Shown in pieces: positions 58,707 through 64,000 of a stretch of 64,000 nucleotides of DNA. This stretch comes from Amphiscolops sp. MND2022. Its lineage: Eukaryota. Position 1 is the first letter of the stretch; each line of letters opens with the position of its first letter. The notes beneath the pieces are model-generated. The model saw only the letters and a program-made list of their open reading frames with translations, was not told the DNA's origin and made no database searches. Location of the stretch: positions 22,322,001-22,386,000 of the forward strand of contig OZ076409.1 of assembly GCA_964187785.1 (NCBI GenBank). The letters run 5' to 3'. The position numbers and the translations under genes are program-made.

Positions 58707-61700
58707 CCCATCAGCGGGTATCTTTTTTGCAGGTGTAGAGGACCGTAGCACGTGACTACGGGTGTTTAACAGGTTTTTTGAGCTATTTCCAGCCATTTTT
58801 TGCATTGCAAGAAGGTGACTGGTGGATGGTTATCCGAGATCCAGCGAGGAGGCAGAGGGGTCAAATCGTGTGTTGCCTACTCCCTACTCCCATTTCTCGC
58901 GGAGACGTCTTAGAGGTATGGTTTTTAGTGGACAGCAAGTGCAACAGCAGACAATGCTAATGGTCCAAACCACGTGTCTCTATCTAGTCTAGACGTGGAG
59001 GAAAAGCGTGGTGAAGATGTACCCCCTGTGACCAGAAGTGTCGCTCAAATGGCTCATGGTTGGCGAAAATTTTGAAAATACGCCTTTTGCGACGGGGAAT
59101 TGTTTGGTAAGGCTTGTTTTCCTTTGTTGCAGCTCAGTGTGTGCTTTTGCACCTGTTTTCTGTGAAAAAAGTTCGATTTTTAGTGCAAAAGTCGCAAAAA
59201 CGTGATTTTTGGCATTTTTAAGTACTTTTCTTGGTACGAGCGCGAGCGCTCGAATTATTAGCCACAGCAGTTGCAAAAATAAATAGAAAGCAACCCAAAA
59301 CCTTGAGGGTTATGCTACATAATGTAACGACAACTAGAAAGGCCGTTGGAGTCCTTTTTGAGACACATTTTGCATGAAAAAACCCGGTTTTTGACGAAAT
59401 TGGCAAAAAACCACTATGAAATGCCACTAGGAGAGTGCTGGATTGTGATGTAATTGCCTCTTCCGTGCTGCTGTTAGTTTGGGGCACACTCCACGGTACC
59501 GAAAATAGGATTTAGGAGAGCTTGTAACGTTTTCTTGGTGAGAAGAGGTCGAAAAACCTTGATTTTTGGCCAGTTTCATGAGTGCCAGAGTGCATCATTA
59601 AAACCTCTGGGGCACTCAGTGTTTTCGTGACCTGGGAGCCTGCGCGCTCTCATTTTCTGTTTTTGTAGTAAAAATAACGCGTGGTGGTGAAAACCGCGTG
59701 TGGAAACTCCCATTCAGTGCTGAGAAAAGTGGAAAAACGCACTGAATTTGATCAATTTTCCACAAAACCGGACTGTCTCTGAGCTAGGGTCGGGTCATCG
59801 ATTCCTGAACCCTAGCCAAAAAGTGGTTCCATTTTCGTAACTACCACCAAAATTAACGTTAGTGCCGAAAATTTCGTGAGCGTATCGATCACCAAAGTTG
59901 AGAAAAGCTCTCTGACGTTTCGACTTCAGAGAAGCGTAAGAGGACCGAAAAAATCCAAAACTGCAGGACTGTCAGTGGGTTATACCCAACGGGCACAACC
60001 AATTGAGGGTTTATCCCAGTGTGCTACGGATAGTGGGGCAACACGTTGGTCCCATTTTGCCCGCCGTGTCACTTTCTGAGGTGATCCTCTTGGTCAATTT
60101 GTGAAAAAACTCGTCAAAAACATTGTTTTTTCGTGTACAACGTACATAGTGGGTCGAAACCTCAAATAAGCGCTCGCGCTTCAATTCGACTACATTAGTG
60201 GCATTGTAGGTGCCCACTGGCTAAAACTACCAAGTTTAGTGCCGATCTGTGTGATACCTGTTGAGGAATTAGGAAAAACGTGGCACCCAAAAAGGTGCGC
60301 AAAAAGGCAGTTTTTTCTTAATTTTTCCGAGTAACCCGGGCACCTTAGTCGACGGGTGGGGCTATATTGCAGCCCCCCATTGTAACCTGTGCTAGTTCTT
60401 ACGTTGCTGCAGAGAATTTGAGCTTGCTAGCTCCTTCCAGTGGACCGCAATCTTGAAAAAGACGTGAAAAACAGTGTATTTCGGTACATAGTGGTACCGC
60501 ACGTCTATACCTAGGTAAAACTGTGTAGAAGAGGCGCAGCTCAAAACTGTGTTCACTTTCGTAAACCCACGTGTACCTAAGATCTGCTGGCCAATTTTGG
60601 GCTTGATACGGCGCTTCCAGCGCACACACGAGCCTCTTGAGTGTTGTGGTGCAATTTTTGGAAAATCCAAAAATTCTTTGAAATTCTTCCTGTGGGTGAC
60701 TGGAGACTTTTTGCCCTAAACCAGGTTAATTTTCTGGCTCAGTGTGCTTGTGGGAAAACGCTGTGCAAATTTGAACAGCCTACGAGCCTTAGAACGTGTT
60801 TTGAAAAATCTTCGACGTTGAAAAAACATCAATTTTCTTAAGTCCTCACCGAGACGAGCAGAGGTCCAAATCCTTGAGGAGACCCCCTGCAAGCCTACCA
60901 GCGTCTGTTTCACTATTCTAACAGCGTGGTTGGTGCCCACTGGCAGCGCCTGCCAATTTTGGAGTCAATTGGTATTGTATCTTTGAGAAATTGACTAAAA
61001 CAAACTGCACAAGAAGGTGCGCAAGAAGGCGAATTCTGCGAAGTCTTGTGGGATTGCCTGAACACCTTATTCAAAGAGTGGGGTCAAATTGCTGCCCACT
61101 ATCGTAACCAGTGCAACTTTATCGTATTGTTGTCGAAAAAACGAGCGTGAGCGCTCTTTGCAGTTCGCCAGAATCTGGGTTGACACGTGAAAAACAGTAC
61201 ATCTTGGAACACGGTGATACCGAACGTCTGTACTGTGTTGAAACTTCACCTAGTCATCTCAGCACAAATCAGCTATTATTCCCGTATACCTCAACTTACG
61301 TGGGATTGTGTGGTTGATTTTGAAGCCAATTCTGCGGTCCTAGCGTTAGCGCTAGCCTCTGGAGTTTTTTTCAAGTGAATCTGAAAAACCCAAAAAATAC
61401 CTGAAAAGCCTCTGACCTGTGACTGGATCCTAATACCCCGATTCTGGACTCACTTTTTGGGTCAGTGCATCAATCCGGAAGTGCTGTATACCTTCCAGCA
61501 CGCTACAACCCTTGGAACTAATTTCGACTCTTCTTGGACGTGCATGGTCATTGTGTCTGTTAGAGGTTTCACCGAGACGAAAACTAGGAAAGTGAGAAAA
61601 AAGTCGCTTCTACGTGTTGGAAACCTGTCGAAACCCCTAGTTTGAACTCCCAGTAGTTCGTTCATTGCTGTGCGTGTAATATTTGATCAGTATCGAGTGG

Positions 61701-64000
61701 GCTGCCTTGCTGGATCATAGCATTTTGTTACTTGAAGTCGTGATATCTTGTGTATCGTAACGAATTAGATCATTTTTTGGAACTGTCGGCGCACCTTATT
61801 GGAAGGTTGGGATAACATTGCCCTGGACTATTCCTATTAGTGCCAGTTGGTGCACCGTTGCTGAAAAAAGTGATCTCGAGAGCTCAGCACTGTGGACGAG
61901 AGTCTTTGATTGCATGTGAAAAATAGTGTCAATCGAAACACGGTAATACGGAACGTCCGTACCAGATCTAAATCTTGCCCAGTGGTCTGAATCCTCATTG
62001 ATTTTCTTTGTAGTGTAGCTGGCTGTACGTGTGATCGCGTGACCAACTTTGAGCCCAATACCACGTTTCCAACACTTGAACAAGCCATTTGAGTGATTTT
62101 CGAAAACAGTTGAAAAATCCAAAAATCGTTGAAAAAGGCTCTAGCTTGGAGCTGGAGGCAATCATCAGCTACTGTAGGTTATTTTTCTGACTTGTGCGGC
62201 TGACGAAACGTGCTGTGTCATTTTTTACCCAGTACGATTGATAAAACTGAATTTGATTCAGTTCAGACACACGTCTTGAACAAAATTCCAAAAAACGCCA
62301 GAAAAACTATCAGTGTAAACCTTCAATACTTCCGCTGTACGGGAGGCAAACCCAAAAAGCCTTCATTTTCGAATGGAAGGGACCCAATAGACCTTCCTGG
62401 GTGCAAACGAGGCAAATCCCACAGTTCAAAAAAATTGCCGGCAGGGGTCATAGATTATAGACTCTTCTGGGATTTCGAAATTTGATTCTGAACAGTGCAA
62501 GTCAGCAGTTTTAAGTGCCTGCGACGCACTCTGGACTACATTTTTCCAAAAGAAAATCTCTAGGAGTTACCTTGAGCAGGGTTTTCGATATCCAAAAGAG
62601 ACCCTGAGTGTTCCGATTTAGCCATAATCACGAGATTTTGGGAGGAGCAACTTCCTGGTGACGAAAAATTTGACCGGATTGCCCGAGTGTGAAACCTTTT
62701 TGAACACTCTGGTGCCTCATTTTGGTGTTATTCCGCTGCTGTATCGAGTAGCATCAACGCCGAATATTACGCCAAATTTGCAGAGAACTCTTTTGGGTAA
62801 TTGCAAAATACCCAAATCTCTTGAGGTTGAGAGGTCGACAAACCGCTCGACTGTCTGTTTGGTGCGCACTATCCAACTTGGCTGCAGCAATTTGCTCGAG
62901 AGCAAAATTTTCTAGTCCACTGAGCAGTCTGCAAAGTGTTGAGCAGTTTTCAGCACGCTGTGATTGCTAGAAATTCTCTTGACTTTGACCCTGACTTGGG
63001 TACACAGGTTGTTCTAGTGATGCAGTTCGGAAGCTCTAAAGCTAAAATTAAACATGGGAAAATCTCCCGCCGCCTCCGTTCCTTTTTTTCAAGGGGAAGG
63101 AGTGTCCGTGCAGCACAACCATTGGATAATCATGATGTTCAACCTCAAAATGAATCCCAAATGGTAGATGAACATGACCGATCGACGAAGTTAGAGGATT
63201 TGAACTTGAAAGATTGGCCTCTGGAGGATAGTTTCAAACCTGTCTCCAATTTTCTAGACTCAATGTTATCTAACTCTCAGGATACCGTGCTGGAGAGGAG
63301 CATAAGGACTGCCAGTCCTAGTTCAGTATCGTCGTCGAAAAGGTCTCTCCATGAAACCAGTATTCAGATTTATCAGAAACAGGACCAACAATCAAAGGCC
63401 TTGGAGCAGCAGATGGATGAGATGTCAATCTTTTCGGCACAAGGCACACGTCGCAGGGAGAAACTGCTAGCGCGAGCGCTAGCACAAATGCAGTCGATAA
63501 ATGCAGAAGTGCAGGCCCACCTCAGAAATGCCGATATCAATGTTTCAAACGACCTCAAATCAGAACCATTGACACCGCCAACAAAAGACAAGGGGGTGGA
63601 CCCAATATCTTTGGACACTACAACCAAGGGTATTGCTGACACTTTGCCTGAATATCACGCCGGTGATAATGGGCTGCGCGAGCGCAACCTCTACTCAAGT
63701 GATACGAAGAATGAACGAATATCTATCTCATCCTCCATTTCCTTATCGCAGGATTCTTTAAGCAACTCTCACTTCCCTGGAATAAAGTCCCTAATATCAA
63801 CTACGAAGTTGCTACCGAGTTTGCTGAAAGACTCCTTTGAGCCACAATCTGCTACATCTAACGCTGGAATGAAACCTCCGGAAAAATTCCAACGCCTCTG
63901 CTTCCTTTTGAAGGGGGGAGGGGGCACCAGCGCAGCACAACCAATCGATGAACCGGCCTCGATATCTTCGAACAACGCAACCATGGGCATGGCTCATACG
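58707..64000 (+). mobile_element. 5' portion of a second, related Gypsy element (no LTR/PBS seen; continues past window)
   Basis: 58707-60860 is a diverged reverse-complement copy of the 5'UTR at ~39510-41830; followed by gag-like ORF. Confidence 0.85.
63020..64000 (+). CDS. gag: Gag-like N-terminus, open to window end (absent from ORF track because no stop)
   Basis: 327 open codons from ATG 63020 (MQFGSSKAK...); TKDKGVDPISLDTT and SVSSSKRS resemble TRDQGVDPMSPIYLDTS and SVASSQRS in the first element's Gag. Confidence 0.7.
   Translation, partial: MQFGSSKAKIKHGKISRRLRSFFSRGRSVRAAQPLDNHDVQPQNESQMVDEHDRSTKLEDLNLKDWPLEDSFKPVSNFLDSMLSNSQDTVLERSIRTASPSSVSSSKRSLHETSIQIYQKQDQQSKALEQQMDEMSIFSAQGTRRREKLLARALAQMQSINAEVQAHLRNADINVSNDLKSEPLTPPTKDKGVDPISLDTTTKGIADTLPEYHAGDNGLRERNLYSSDTKNERISISSSISLSQDSLSNSHFPGIKSLISTTKLLPSLLKDSFEPQSATSNAGMKPPEKFQRLCFLLKGGGGTSAAQPIDEPASISSNNATMGMAHT

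Overview
Eukaryotic (animal-like, spliced genes, TE-rich) DNA. (1) 1-16921: right-hand ~17 kb of an endogenous Polinton/Maverick (adintovirus-like) element, all genes on +: protein-primed PolB, packaging ATPase, rve integrase, minor and major capsid, basic core protein, adenain protease, plus accessory ORFs (candidate HUH endonuclease, candidate PLA2). Several genes carry single lesions. The element ends in a CCCGGG terminus with subterminal repeats rather than a typical Polinton (ACT)n end. (2) 17253-54962: one host arylsulfatase B-like gene (5 exons, ~563 aa) inflated to ~38 kb by intronic insertions: a CCC...GGG non-autonomous DNA transposon, an 18.9-kb Gypsy element, a hAT remnant and a decayed BEL/Pao element. 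The Gypsy element has apparently identical LTRs, a 43-bp flanking duplication, a TARG1-like macrodomain on its integrase and a large extra SGNH-like ORF; the BEL/Pao element has its own SGNH-like extra ORF. (3) 58.7-64 kb: 5' part of a related Gypsy element running off the window. All domain calls come from motif recognition by eye; no searches were run.
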